Assembly: GCA_021108295.1 (NCBI GenBank)
Contig: JAIORF010000005.1
Span: forward strand, 136,531 to 200,530
Source: a bacterium
GTDB taxonomy: Bacteria; Patescibacteriota; Dojkabacteria; SC72
Reading direction: 5' to 3'
DNA length: 64,000 nucleotides
Made by a program: the position numbers and the translations under genes. Shown here in pieces: positions 29,328-39,939 of the stretch (within the stretch, counting starts at the first letter, position 1; each line of letters starts with the position of its first letter). Under the pieces are notes generated by a model. That model searched no databases and was not told where the DNA came from. It saw only the letters and a list, made by a program, of their open reading frames with translations.

Positions 29328-30935
29328 ATGGGTAAAACAAAAAAGAAAAGTACAAAAAAAGATAAGCGAGTACCAATAGTGGCAATACTAGGTCATGTAG
29401 ACCATGGTAAAACTACAATATTAGACAAGATTAGAGAAGCCAATGTACAGGAATGTGAAGCAGGTGGTATTACTCAAAAGATATCTGTATTTACAGTAAC
29501 TCCCGATTGCAAGAAAGATGAAAGAATTACCTTTGTAGATACTCCAGGTCATGAAGCTTTCGATTTAATGAGGCTACGAGGTGGAAGTATTGCAGATATA
29601 GTCTTACTAATTGTAGCTGCAAATGATGGTATAAAACCTCAAACAAAAGAATCGATTGAAATTATTAAAAACTCCACAACCAAACCAATCGTTGTTATCA
29701 ACAAATGTGATTTACCAGGTATTGATATTGAAAAAATCAAAAGAGATCTAGCAACCGAAGGTATTGCAGTAGAAGGAATGGGTGGTGATATCCCAGTAGT
29801 AGAAGTTTCAGGTAAAACAGGAAAAGGAATCCCAGATTTATTGGATATGATTAATTTGGTAATAGAAGTAGAAGGGTTGCAAAAAAGAGGGAAGTTAATA
29901 GACAAAGTATTGGCAAAAGGGTTTGTACTTGAATCAATAAAAGAGAAATCCAGAGGAAATGTATCAACAGTGGTTGTTACTCAAGGCTCTATCAAAAAAG
30001 GAAACTTCATAGGCTATGAATTTAATAGAGAGATTGTAATAGAAAAAGTCAAAGGCCTCATTTCCGAAGAAGGAGAGAACATAGAGGAATTTGAAACAGG
30101 ATGTGGTGGAAAGATAATAGGTCTTTCAAATATCTTACCACTTGGTTCTGAAATCTACATATTAGAGGAAAATAACAAGAAAATATTACACTGTATTCAA
30201 AGTGATGAAGAATCATGTGAAGCCATTGTCGAAGAAGAAGAGATTGTCGAAGCAAAACCTCTTGAAGAAGGAGAAGAACCAGAGATATCTTTTGAAGACT
30301 TCTTCCAGATGGATAGTAGTGAACCAGAAGAAGAAGTAAAAACGCTTGCTGTGATGATTAAGAGTGGTTCAGAAGGATCCCTTGAAGCATTACAAAAATC
30401 ACTAGCAAAGATTAAGATTGAAGGAGCAGAAATTAATATCATAGACCAAGGAATTGGAGATGTAACTATCAAAGATATTGAAAAAGCACATGTGACTAAA
30501 GCCATCATACTAGGCTTTGAAGTAGAAATGGAACGAAATGCAAAAGAGTTAGCAAAGAAATACAAAGTCTTAGTAAGATCATACGACATAATCTATAAAC
30601 TCACAGATGAGATTACAGAAGCACTAAACCTGCTCTCTATGCCAGAAGAAACAGAAGAAGAGATAGGGAAAGCTGTCATTAAAGCAATCTTTACCCTATC
30701 CAACGGCCAAATAGTACTAGGAAATAGGGTTACGGAAGGTATGCTTAAGAAAAGTTGTAAATGCTACATAGTCAGAGACGATGAAATCCTTGCTGAAGGA
30801 AGGATTAAATCATTAAAGATTAATAAAAATGACCTTACACAAGTAGACAAAGGTACAGACTGTGGTGTCATCTTGGATGTATCCGTCGATGCACAAGAAG
30901 GTGATGAAATATATTGTTACAAAGTAGTGAAATAA
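29328..30935 (+). CDS. infB: Translation initiation factor IF-2 (no N-terminal domain)
   Basis: [34 protein letters not shown]. Confidence 0.95.
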   Translation: MGKTKKKSTKKDKRVPIVAILGHVDHGKTTILDKIREANVQECEAGGITQKISVFTVTPDCKKDERITFVDTPGHEAFDLMRLRGGSIADIVLLIVAANDGIKPQTKESIEIIKNSTTKPIVVINKCDLPGIDIEKIKRDLATEGIAVEGMGGDIPVVEVSGKTGKGIPDLLDMINLVIEVEGLQKRGKLIDKVLAKGFVLESIKEKSRGNVSTVVVTQGSIKKGNFIGYEFNREIVIEKVKGLISEEGENIEEFETGCGGKIIGLSNILPLGSEIYILEENNKKILHCIQSDEESCEAIVEEEEIVEAKPLEEGEEPEISFEDFFQMDSSEPEEEVKTLAVMIKSGSEGSLEALQKSLAKIKIEGAEINIIDQGIGDVTIKDIEKAHVTKAIILGFEVEMERNAKELAKKYKVLVRSYDIIYKLTDEITEALNLLSMPEETEEEIGKAVIKAIFTLSNGQIVLGNRVTEGMLKKSCKCYIVRDDEILAEGRIKSLKINKNDLTQVDKGTDCGVILDVSVDAQEGDEIYCYKVVK

Positions 30936-30947
30936 CAACGATTTTTG

Positions 30948-30976
30948 TTGACAGAAACCCTATAATAAAGTACAAT
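30948..30976 (+). promoter_or_regulatory. Sigma70 promoter for rpsO
   Basis: TTGACA-17-TACAAT. Confidence 0.8.
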
Positions 30977-31042
30977 GTCTAGTCTCTTTACAATGGTTTT
31001 TGCCATTGTAATTTGTTTAATATCATGTTACTCTAAATAACT

Positions 31043-31306
31043 ATGTCGCTTACAACATCTAGCAAGCAAAAAATAATAAAAGATTTCGGACTTCACAAAG
31101 GAGACACAGGGTCCCCAGAGGTTCAAGTTGCAATTCTCACAACAGAGATTACAAAGCTTTCGGAGCACTTAAAAGACCATAAAAAAGATAACCACTCTAG
31201 AAGGGGTTTGCTCCAAAAGGTTGGTAAAAGAAGAAGACTTCTTCAATACCTCGAAACAAACGAACCGGATAGATTCAAGACTTTCACAAAGAAGCTAAAG
31301 ATTTAA
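31043..31306 (+). CDS. rpsO: 30S ribosomal protein S15
   Basis: [25 protein letters not shown]. Confidence 0.98.
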   Translation: MSLTTSSKQKIIKDFGLHKGDTGSPEVQVAILTTEITKLSEHLKDHKKDNHSRRGLLQKVGKRRRLLQYLETNEPDRFKTFTKKLKI

Positions 31307-31399
31307 CTTTCTTTTTCTCCTCTTTCTTGATATAACTTTCACAGAACATAGCTTTTAAGTAAGCTACAATTTTGGTATATAAATTTTATATTTTTATTT

Positions 31400-33469
31400 A
31401 TGCTTTTTAACGAAAAGTTATACGAGTTCGAGATTGATGGTAGAAAATGTAGTTTTTCTACTGGTAAACTAGCCTTAAAATCACAAAACTCCATATTTGC
31501 TAAAATGGGTGAAACTACAATTACAGTAAATGTAAACAGTAACCCATCTAGTGGAGATATGGACTATTTCCCCCTATCTGTAGAATATATTGAAAGATAC
31601 TACGCTGCAGGCAAAATCAGTGGCTCTAGATTTGTAAAAAGAGAAAGATTCCCATCTGATGAAGCTGTTCTTAAATCAAGAATGATAGATAGATCCCTTA
31701 GATCTAGATTCGCTTCCGACTATATGGACGAAGTAAATATCATAATCACCGTTATGTCATATGATGAAGAGAACGACCCTCTACTTCTCGCTATTAACGC
31801 AGCATCAGCAGCACTGGTGATGTCAAATATCCCATTTGAAGGTCCAGTAGCAGGTATAAATGTTGGTCTTGAAGGATCAGTATACAAAAGTATGGCTACA
31901 GTATCTGACGAAAACCCTATGAACTACATCGTATCAGGAGATGGTGAAGTCTTCACAATGATAGACGGAGCTTGTAATGATATCGCAGATGATACAGTAG
32001 TAGAATCTATGAGAAGAGGTCTAGAAGATATGAAGCCATGGCTAGATGCACAAAACAAGTTTGTAGAATTAGCTGGAGGACCAAAAGAGAAAATATACAC
32101 TCCTAAAGTACTTCCAGAGGGTCTTTTAGAATCTCTAGAAAAGTTTTTGGGTGAAAAAGTAGAAAAAAACCTTAAGGATGCTAAAAAAAGCCAACATCAA
32201 GAAACTATGAAAGAGGTCTTTGCTGAATTTGAAGGTAAGTTCTCTAAGAAAGATCTTTCTGAAGCATATGACAAATTGCAGAAGAAGGGACTACGAAGAA
32301 TTGTAAAAGAAGAGAAGGTAAGGGTAGATGGTAGAGCACTAGATGAGATAAGGGAGATGGATACTCAAGTAGATTTACTTCCTAAAGTACATGGTACAGG
32401 ACTTTTCACAAGAGGACTTACACAAGTTCTTTCAGTAGCTACGCTTGGCCCATTGGATGATGCTCAATTAGTAGATGACATGCTTGGAAACAAGGAGAAG
32501 AACTACATGCATTTCTACAATGACTTACCATATGTATATGGTGAGGCAGGTAGAATTAGACTCATACCAAGTAGAAGAGGTGTTGGTCATGGAATGTTAG
32601 CTGAGAAATCACTAATTCCTGTATTACCTACTAAAGAAGAGTTCCCATACACCATAATTATCGTATCTGAAGTTCAAGGTGAGAATGGTTCAAGCTCTAT
32701 GGCCTCTGCATGTGGATCTAGTCTAGCCTTAATGGCAGCTGGTGTTCCGATAAAGAAAACTGTAGGTGGTATTGCTTGTGGTCTTGTATTAGGAGATGAT
32801 GAATCTCTCAATATCCTTACAGATATGCAAGGAGTAGAAGACTTCTATGGTGATATGGACTTCAAGGTAATAGGTACAAGGGATGGTGTTACTGCTGTAC
32901 AAATGGATAACAAACTAGGTGGTCTTAATATGAAGATTGTAGAAGAGGCCTTTAAGAAGTGTAAAGAGGGTAGGCTTCAAGTTATCGATAAGATAGAGGA
33001 AGCAATCTCAGAGCCTAGAGCAGAGGTCTCAAATACTGCACCACAGGTTACAAGTACAAAGATCCCTGTAGATAGAATTGGTGAGTTAATTGGTCCAGGA
33101 GGAAAGAATATCAAGGAATTAACAGAGAAGAGTGGAGCAGAGATTAGTATTGAGGATGATGGTACAGTAAATATCTATGCGGATAATAAGGAGAAGTTGG
33201 ATATTGCTATGGAGAATATCTCTAGGTACAACTTTATACCCAAAGAGGGAGAAATCTATGAGGGTAGGGTTGCTTCAGTAATGCCATATGGTGCATTTGT
33301 AGATATTAATCCTGGTACTTCTGGTTTAGTACATGTTTCAGAAATGGCAGATGATTTTGTAAAGGATGTAAACAGTGTTGTAAAGGAAGGGGATATGGTA
33401 AAGGTAAAGTTAGTAGAGATAGCTAGGGATGGTAAGATAAAGCTTAGTATGAAACAGGCTAAGGAGTAA
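31400..33469 (+). CDS. pnp: Polyribonucleotide nucleotidyltransferase
   Basis: FPLSVEY, FTRGLTQ, NGSSSMASACG, DMDFKV, KH and S1 domains. Confidence 0.97.
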   Translation: MLFNEKLYEFEIDGRKCSFSTGKLALKSQNSIFAKMGETTITVNVNSNPSSGDMDYFPLSVEYIERYYAAGKISGSRFVKRERFPSDEAVLKSRMIDRSLRSRFASDYMDEVNIIITVMSYDEENDPLLLAINAASAALVMSNIPFEGPVAGINVGLEGSVYKSMATVSDENPMNYIVSGDGEVFTMIDGACNDIADDTVVESMRRGLEDMKPWLDAQNKFVELAGGPKEKIYTPKVLPEGLLESLEKFLGEKVEKNLKDAKKSQHQETMKEVFAEFEGKFSKKDLSEAYDKLQKKGLRRIVKEEKVRVDGRALDEIREMDTQVDLLPKVHGTGLFTRGLTQVLSVATLGPLDDAQLVDDMLGNKEKNYMHFYNDLPYVYGEAGRIRLIPSRRGVGHGMLAEKSLIPVLPTKEEFPYTIIIVSEVQGENGSSSMASACGSSLALMAAGVPIKKTVGGIACGLVLGDDESLNILTDMQGVEDFYGDMDFKVIGTRDGVTAVQMDNKLGGLNMKIVEEAFKKCKEGRLQVIDKIEEAISEPRAEVSNTAPQVTSTKIPVDRIGELIGPGGKNIKELTEKSGAEISIEDDGTVNIYADNKEKLDIAMENISRYNFIPKEGEIYEGRVASVMPYGAFVDINPGTSGLVHVSEMADDFVKDVNSVVKEGDMVKVKLVEIARDGKIKLSMKQAKE

Positions 33470-33493
33470 TACTCTTATAGAGTAGTAAGATAG

Positions 33494-33522
33494 AAAGAAC
33501 CTCATACATGTGGGGTTCTTTT
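33494..33522 (+). terminator. Rho-independent terminator after pnp
   Basis: aaagaacctcat-loop-gtggggttctttt. Confidence 0.75.
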
Positions 33523-33771
33523 CCTTTTGGAGGGGAATTTGGTAGGATGGGGGAGGATTTGTATGGTAACGAGTTGTCCGACATGCGTTTTTTAATCTTT
33601 TTTAAGAATAAAGAATTTCTTGAGTCACTTTTTAAAAAGGAAGCAAAACAAAATTTATCTTAATTTTTATAAGGGGAAATAAGAAGTTTTAAATTTTGGG
33701 TATTCACTTCTTATAATTCTGTCCTTCGTACAATCATTAGATTTATATAATTTAGATTTCTTTCAACTATT

Positions 33772-34227
33772 ATGGCTTTAAATAATTGGTCAAAACTTAA
33801 TCGTTTCCAGTTAGGTAAATATGGAGAATATTTTGCCAAAATGGAATTTACTAAAGCGGGTTTTGATGTTTACACTGCCGAAGTAGATGATAAAGGAATA
33901 GATTTTGTTGTAAGAAAAAATAAATTAGAATATTTTGATATTCAAGTCAAATCTGTCCGTAATAACAATTATATATTTATAAGAAAAAAAGTGTTTATAC
34001 CAAGAAGAAATCTATTCCTTGTATTAATATTGTTTGAAGAAAACAAAGAACCTACCTTGCTTTTGGTTCCATCTTTAAATTGGCAAAATAAAGCTCATTC
34101 TTTTTTAGTTGAAAGAAATTATGAAGGCAAAAAAAGCAAACCAGAATGGGGAATAAGTGTCACTAAATCTAATATAGAAGAAATTAAATCTATTTATGCT
34201 TTTGATCAACAAATCACTTTTTTATAA
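33772..34227 (+). CDS. PD-(D/E)XK nuclease-like protein (DUF4365-like)
   Basis: GKYGE...DDKGIDFVV...DIQVKS. Confidence 0.7.
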   Translation: MALNNWSKLNRFQLGKYGEYFAKMEFTKAGFDVYTAEVDDKGIDFVVRKNKLEYFDIQVKSVRNNNYIFIRKKVFIPRRNLFLVLILFEENKEPTLLLVPSLNWQNKAHSFLVERNYEGKKSKPEWGISVTKSNIEEIKSIYAFDQQITFL

Positions 34228-34236
34228 AGTCTCTCT

Positions 34237-34596
34237 ATGTACAAAAACAACCTTTCAAAAAACAAAGAAGTTAAAAAATTCCTTGAGGATATAAGAATGT
34301 ATGACGATGAGAAATTTAACATCATACAAGAACTACGTAAGATTGTATTTACAAACTATAAAGAAGCAAACGAGAGAATGATGTACGGAGGTATTATGTT
34401 CTCCCTAGAAGACGACTTCGGAGGTATCTTTGTAAGAAAGGAACATATCTCTTTTGAATTTACCAACGGTTTTACAATGGAAGATAAGGAAAAGATATTA
34501 GAAGGTACTGGTAAGTTTCGTCGTCACTTAAAGATTAAATCTCTATCAGATATTAAAGATAAAAGAGTAAACTTCTTTGTTAAACAAGCTGTGTAA
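34237..34596 (+). CDS. DUF1801/YdhG-like protein
   Basis: LRKIV, ERMMYGG, HISFEF, LEGTGKFRRHLKI. Confidence 0.75.
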   Translation: MYKNNLSKNKEVKKFLEDIRMYDDEKFNIIQELRKIVFTNYKEANERMMYGGIMFSLEDDFGGIFVRKEHISFEFTNGFTMEDKEKILEGTGKFRRHLKIKSLSDIKDKRVNFFVKQAV

Positions 34597-34609
34597 GAAA
34601 TCCAAACCT

Positions 34610-35653
34610 CTACCCCTTCCCAATCTTAACAACATAAAAACCCATCATCTCTGGAGATGGTACAGTCCTTAAACTCTTACTTAAAGAATGATGATACTCC
34701 TTACCACTCCACTTAGTAATACCAGGCCTAATACTCTTTGTTAATAAAACATCCAAACCATCTACAAAATCTATACTCTCTACCCTCGCATTCTTAAAAG
34801 TCTTCAAAAGATGTGTAACCACACCCTCATTCTCATCAGGCTCTAAAGTACAAGTAGAATACACCAATGTACCACCAGGCTTAAGAGCCCTAAACGCTGA
34901 ATCAAGCAACTCCCTCTGAACACTAACTAAAGACTTAACCCTCTTAATACTCCAAAACCTTAAAGGCTTTGAACTAGCTAAATAAACACGACCCTCCCCA
35001 CTACAAGGAGCATCAAGAAGAACCCTATCGTAATGATCAGGAGTCACCCTACCAATTAAAATACCATCCTCATTAGTAACCCTTACATTCTTACTACCAA
35101 ACTGATGTAACACATTATTTAACTTACCAATCCTAGGAAGATTAGAATCATTAGCAGTAATACTCGCCTTATTATCAGTCATCGCAGAAATCAAAGTAGT
35201 CTTACTACCAGGAGCAGCACACATATCCAAAATCTTCTCTCCCTCCTGTGGATCTAGAATGTAAACAGAAAGAATACTTGCTAAATCTTGAATATAGAAA
35301 TCACCATTCAAATACTCTTCGGTTTTAGAAACTACAGACTTATCAGCATTATTAATAAAATAGGTATCCTTAAAACCATTAATCTTCTGCAGTTCCCATC
35401 CCTTAGTCTGTGTAAGAAACCTAAAAGTCTTTCTAGGATCAGCTATTAGATGATTCAACCTGATGGTAGTCCTAGAACGTTTATAGAAAAGATGCTTAAT
35501 CTCTCCCTTAGGCAATTGTAATATACTAGCCATTCTGGATATAAAGATATCTTCTTTGGAATAAAACTTCCTATCAAAAGTCTGAGTCCTAGACTTCTTG
35601 TAATTCTTTCTATGTGTTTTTTTAGGACCCTTTCTTCTTCTTCTGTTCTTCAT
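34610..35653 (-). CDS. RsmB/NOP2 (RsmF-like) RNA m5C methyltransferase
   Basis: FYIQD.AS, LDMCAAPGSKT, LLDAPCSGEG, YSTCT..PDENE. Confidence 0.92.
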   Translation of the reverse strand: MKNRRRRKGPKKTHRKNYKKSRTQTFDRKFYSKEDIFISRMASILQLPKGEIKHLFYKRSRTTIRLNHLIADPRKTFRFLTQTKGWELQKINGFKDTYFINNADKSVVSKTEEYLNGDFYIQDLASILSVYILDPQEGEKILDMCAAPGSKTTLISAMTDNKASITANDSNLPRIGKLNNVLHQFGSKNVRVTNEDGILIGRVTPDHYDRVLLDAPCSGEGRVYLASSKPLRFWSIKRVKSLVSVQRELLDSAFRALKPGGTLVYSTCTLEPDENEGVVTHLLKTFKNARVESIDFVDGLDVLLTKSIRPGITKWSGKEYHHSLSKSLRTVPSPEMMGFYVVKIGKG

Positions 35654-36381
35654 TATATCTCTCCCTTCAAATACTTAATTATACTACCAATTACCAACCC
35701 TACAGTTTCTGTTCTTAATATATTCCCCTTAAGCTTGATGAAATCAAAATCTAATCTCTTAAATACTTCAATATCAGTAGAAGACCATCCCTTCTCAGGA
35801 CCAACGGCAATGACAATGTCCTTTTTAACATCTACACCTTGTAGATATTCACTTAGGTATATAGGTTCTACATTCTCAGTAGCTAGACAGATCTTTATAC
35901 TGTTTTTTATATCTTCTAGCTCAGATATCATAATGGGATTCTCCAATATTGTAGGCGTAGTATTTCTAGACTGCTCTGTAGCATCTTCGACTATCTTCTT
36001 CCAAAGACCAAGAGTCTTAAGTGCTTTCCTTTTCTTTTTGAGTGAATATTGACTTTCTACTGGTATGATTCTCCCTATCCCTATCTCTACACACTTCTCC
36101 AAGAAGTAATTAAACTTAGAGTCATTGGAGAGCGCCTGTATTATCGTTATACTAGGAAGTTTCTTTACCGTTCTATCTCCCCTTTCTTCTACCATCTCTA
36201 TTTCCACACTCCCTTTCTCGATGTATGTGATTTGTGCAATGAATATCTTGTCGTATGTTTCTATCTCTACAAGGTCTTGCTCCTTCAATTTTTGTTGGGA
36301 GATAAGCATCTCACTATCGCTATCGGATAGGTGAGTAATGTCTCCAATTTTTAATTTATGTGGTATGTAATATGTTTGCAT
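35653..36381 (-). CDS. rsmE: 16S rRNA m3U1498 methyltransferase
   Basis: EKCVEIG, ATEQS, VGPEKGW, NILRTET. Confidence 0.9.
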   Translation of the reverse strand: MQTYYIPHKLKIGDITHLSDSDSEMLISQQKLKEQDLVEIETYDKIFIAQITYIEKGSVEIEMVEERGDRTVKKLPSITIIQALSNDSKFNYFLEKCVEIGIGRIIPVESQYSLKKKRKALKTLGLWKKIVEDATEQSRNTTPTILENPIMISELEDIKNSIKICLATENVEPIYLSEYLQGVDVKKDIVIAVGPEKGWSSTDIEVFKRLDFDFIKLKGNILRTETVGLVIGSIIKYLKGEI

Positions 36382-36503
36382 ACATGGATTATATCATTTT
36401 TGTTGGTATATTAACTATTTATTGTATATAACTCATACACAATGTGGTAATAACTAGGGATATCTGATATCCTAAAGTATAGATTAATTAAGATACTAAA
36501 CAC

Positions 36504-36818
36504 ATGTTTGAAACAATACCATCAATATATTGGATGATCCTTATAGGAGTACCTGCAGGATTCTTTACATTCATACTCTACCAATTAGGTATGGTTACTA
36601 AGGATATGAGAGGGGTAGTACAAAATAGTACTAAGATATTGGAAGAATCAAACAAGACATTGATTAAAACAAATGTAATATTAGATGATGTCCAAGCAAT
36701 TGTAAGTACTACTAAAGGGACTGTAGAAGAAGTAAATCAGGCAGTTATAGTACCTGTTAGACAAATATCAGGACTATTATCCAAACTCACGGCATTTCTC
36801 TCTGGAATAAAGAAATAA
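36504..36818 (+). CDS. Small membrane/coiled-coil protein (DUF948-like)
   Basis: N-terminal TM helix followed by a heptad-like helix. Confidence 0.6.
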   Translation: MFETIPSIYWMILIGVPAGFFTFILYQLGMVTKDMRGVVQNSTKILEESNKTLIKTNVILDDVQAIVSTTKGTVEEVNQAVIVPVRQISGLLSKLTAFLSGIKK

Positions 36819-36907
36819 TAGTTGTTTTTTATGAACATAAAGAGGAACAGATGTATCTAAGGAGTTTTCCCATTGTCTAATAGAAATAATAAATGTAATA
36901 TAGAGTC

Positions 36908-38524
36908 ATGTATATAACTCCATACCAAAAGAAACAGCTAACTACAATCTTCATACTAGTACTAGGAATACCACTAACCCTCTTCGCCATATACACTGGA
37001 GCACAATGGTTTACAAGTGCAGGAGCGAACACCCAACCCAAAGATGTGATACTAGCTAATTTGACAACTAACTCTGTTGTAGTAACTTGGACTACAAGCG
37101 ATGAAGTAATAGGATCAGTAATCCCTGTACTAAATGGTACAGAGGGCAGCCCAGTAATAGACAAGAGAGGAAGTGGGAAAAGAAATACCCACTACGTTGA
37201 GATTAAAAGTTTGGAACCAGGTACAGAATATGATTTTAAGATAATATCAGGAGAAGATACCTATGTAGATGTGGGTGGTACAGAGTTCGAATTTTCTACA
37301 GCCAACATTAGTGCAGATATTCCAACCCCTACCCCTGTACACGGAATACTCGCAGATATTAGTGATGACGATGCATTGATATATATTCTCCCTAAAGACA
37401 AAACAACATACCCTGCAGCAACAGTACCATCAAGTAATGGGAACTGGTTGGTAGATCTCTCATCATTAAGAAGAATTGAAGATAAAAGTATGTATACAGT
37501 ATTAGAATCAACGGATTTAGTGGTAATAGGAGTCTCAAGTATTGGGAATGCAGGTGTTGTAGAAGGACAGTATGGAATAATATTTGATTCTAGTAAAAAA
37601 TTAACAGAAACGCTTGTTTCTTCAGGGACACAATATGACATATATATATCTGAAGATACAAAGCTAGTAGCTACGGAAGACAAAGAAGAGGAACCTACTG
37701 TAGTAGTGGATAAAGAGAATGAAACACCATATGTACCACCTGTTGTTGTAGAACAAGAGGTTGAAGAAACTTTTGATAAAGAGTATGAACTTAAAAACGA
37801 TCTAATTTGGACTAATTTAGTGTCCAGTGAAGGTGTAGTGCCTACGCAACCAGACGAATATGGAACAGATAGTGTAATGGTAACAAATCTTACCGATGTT
37901 GGCTGTTCTATCATATGGTTCTCCCAAGAATCTCAACAAGGTCATGTGATGTCCGGGACTTCTATATCAGAGCTATCGGACAAAGGGAGAGATGAAAGAG
38001 ATGGCATAGCGTCACAGGGAGAATATTTCTTACACAGTATTGAAATTACACAACTACAACCAGAAACAACATACTACTTTGAAATATACTCAGGAGAAGA
38101 AACATATGAGTATGAAGGGGAAATAACTACCTTTGCTACACAGTCTAGTCCTCCACAATTCGAAACTATTGTAGGAACTCTAGAAGTAGACGATTACAAA
38201 AATGCCCTTGTTGTTGCAACCTTCGTAGATAATGATGGTATTGGATCTAAAGGTACAAGCCACCCAATCTCTACTCTGGTAGATAGTGAGGGCTCTTGGA
38301 TTTTGACAATTGGTGGAGCAAGGGACAGTGAAGGTGAGTATTTTGACAAGAGTAATGATGACAAAGTTAACCTAAGTTCTAAGTATTTTACAAATTCTTC
38401 AGCTACTGAGATGACCATTGGAGAAGCCACTTCTGAAGAAATAGGGATTTCAACTTCTAGCTCAAGTGATTTGGCGTTTAGTATAATCCCATCACTTTCT
38501 GACTACGGTGTTCTTGTAGATTAA
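36908..38524 (+). CDS. Membrane-anchored protein with two FN3 + beta-sandwich modules
   Basis: Internal duplication: NLT..SVVVTW..HYVEI.SLEPGTEY / NLT..SIIW..HSIEI.QLQPETTY, each followed by G.W.....R. Confidence 0.75.
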   Translation: MYITPYQKKQLTTIFILVLGIPLTLFAIYTGAQWFTSAGANTQPKDVILANLTTNSVVVTWTTSDEVIGSVIPVLNGTEGSPVIDKRGSGKRNTHYVEIKSLEPGTEYDFKIISGEDTYVDVGGTEFEFSTANISADIPTPTPVHGILADISDDDALIYILPKDKTTYPAATVPSSNGNWLVDLSSLRRIEDKSMYTVLESTDLVVIGVSSIGNAGVVEGQYGIIFDSSKKLTETLVSSGTQYDIYISEDTKLVATEDKEEEPTVVVDKENETPYVPPVVVEQEVEETFDKEYELKNDLIWTNLVSSEGVVPTQPDEYGTDSVMVTNLTDVGCSIIWFSQESQQGHVMSGTSISELSDKGRDERDGIASQGEYFLHSIEITQLQPETTYYFEIYSGEETYEYEGEITTFATQSSPPQFETIVGTLEVDDYKNALVVATFVDNDGIGSKGTSHPISTLVDSEGSWILTIGGARDSEGEYFDKSNDDKVNLSSKYFTNSSATEMTIGEATSEEIGISTSSSSDLAFSIIPSLSDYGVLVD

Positions 38525-38562
38525 CCCATTGAATACATCTTTCTTTCAATGTATATTGTACT

Positions 38563-39915
38563 ATGTCGAAGAAATTGTATAGAAGAAAACCCATACTCTT
38601 TTTAGTAGCTCTAATTCTGTTTGGGATTTTTGTTGTAAATATAACTCAAGATATTACTAATATCCAAGCTGACACACAGGAATTTGTACTAAGTGAGAAG
38701 GTAGAAGCCAACGAAGGAGATTGTAACTTAGAACAAGATATATTCTTTGAGATAGACGAAAACTTTAAACCGATTAGAGAAGTTCAACCTGGAATGGTCT
38801 TGTATGAACAAGATGTGTTGGGAACAGAGTGTGTAACTCCACGTTACAGCTACTCTTCCGAGAAAATATGTTCTAGGACTACATCCTTTGATACGAATAT
38901 GGGTAAGAAAGAAGGTTTGCTTACAGTCGATACAATGATTGAGAGAGATTCATCTATTTCTCTTACGAGTATTCAAGTACCACCATTGTTAAATGGTTCA
39001 CCTACTATGGATAGCTCTGTTAGACAGATATTTACTGAAAAAGAGGGTGCTGAACATTGGACACTAAAACCTGCAGGAGAGATGGTTAATAAAGAGGTGG
39101 TTGCTGGGAATGCATATCCAGGAGATACTCAGACACAAGAGAGGATAGAGGATGCTGAGGAATCTAAAACCAAGTCTTTTGGTATCACTTACTCTGTCGA
39201 AGGGGGCTCCAATGCAGAAGGATCAGGTAAAAATGAATTCTCTATTTCAACCTACCAAACTAATGACTGTGGAGCAGAGTGTAGAAACTACTCTAATCCT
39301 ACTCCAGAGAAGTATCTTTCTAGTGCACAGATATTAGGACAGTCTCAAAACTATCCCGGTTACTACGACAATGTTCCAGAACAGCAGGATGAGAGTATTA
39401 ATAATTGTGATACGAATACTACATTTCTTAAAATGGATTTAGATACAGAGATGAAGGGCTGTACTCCAAGTCTTAAGCAAGTTGTAATGTCGTTTTTTAA
39501 GAGGATTACAAGTCTTTTTGAAGCAGACAAATGTTCTAATCAAGGAGAATCAAGTGAGGCTTGTATAAGTACTGCGAGTATTGTTATCATTATGGAATCT
39601 CCTTGGGGTAGTAAGGAGGATTGTGCTGATGGAGCGTGTGTTACAGAGTTTAATGAGCTTAGAAATGGAGGATTTTCAATTCCAAGTAGTGATGCTTCAA
39701 GCAGGATTTATGTTTTGACAGATTGCTATGCAAATATTGAAGGACAGAGTAATGTTCTTCTTTCATGTGCTTGGGATATGGACTATATTACTCAAGAATT
39801 AGAATTTCAGTCACATGACAATATACCTCAGGAGGTATTTCCTGATAGAATGGATTATATTAATTTTCATGTGTGGGAGAGTGAGCGTAGAACAGATGGT
39901 GTGTATGAGATGTAA
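38563..39915 (+). CDS. Cys-rich exported/membrane-anchored hypothetical protein
   Basis: N-terminal TM/signal, many Cys, acidic composition. Confidence 0.7.
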   Translation: MSKKLYRRKPILFLVALILFGIFVVNITQDITNIQADTQEFVLSEKVEANEGDCNLEQDIFFEIDENFKPIREVQPGMVLYEQDVLGTECVTPRYSYSSEKICSRTTSFDTNMGKKEGLLTVDTMIERDSSISLTSIQVPPLLNGSPTMDSSVRQIFTEKEGAEHWTLKPAGEMVNKEVVAGNAYPGDTQTQERIEDAEESKTKSFGITYSVEGGSNAEGSGKNEFSISTYQTNDCGAECRNYSNPTPEKYLSSAQILGQSQNYPGYYDNVPEQQDESINNCDTNTTFLKMDLDTEMKGCTPSLKQVVMSFFKRITSLFEADKCSNQGESSEACISTASIVIIMESPWGSKEDCADGACVTEFNELRNGGFSIPSSDASSRIYVLTDCYANIEGQSNVLLSCAWDMDYITQELEFQSHDNIPQEVFPDRMDYINFHVWESERRTDGVYEM

Positions 39916-39939
39916 TATTTAATATTTTTAACTACATAA

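Noticed and set aside
33560-33590. ggtaacgagttgtccgacat as an integron attC-like end before the nuclease gene
   Set aside because: No matching inverse core after the gene, no full attC hairpin, and no integrase in the window
36455-36475. Palindrome ggatatc-t-gatatcc in a divergent promoter region as an operator
   Set aside because: Single short occurrence with no regulator nearby; cannot be supported
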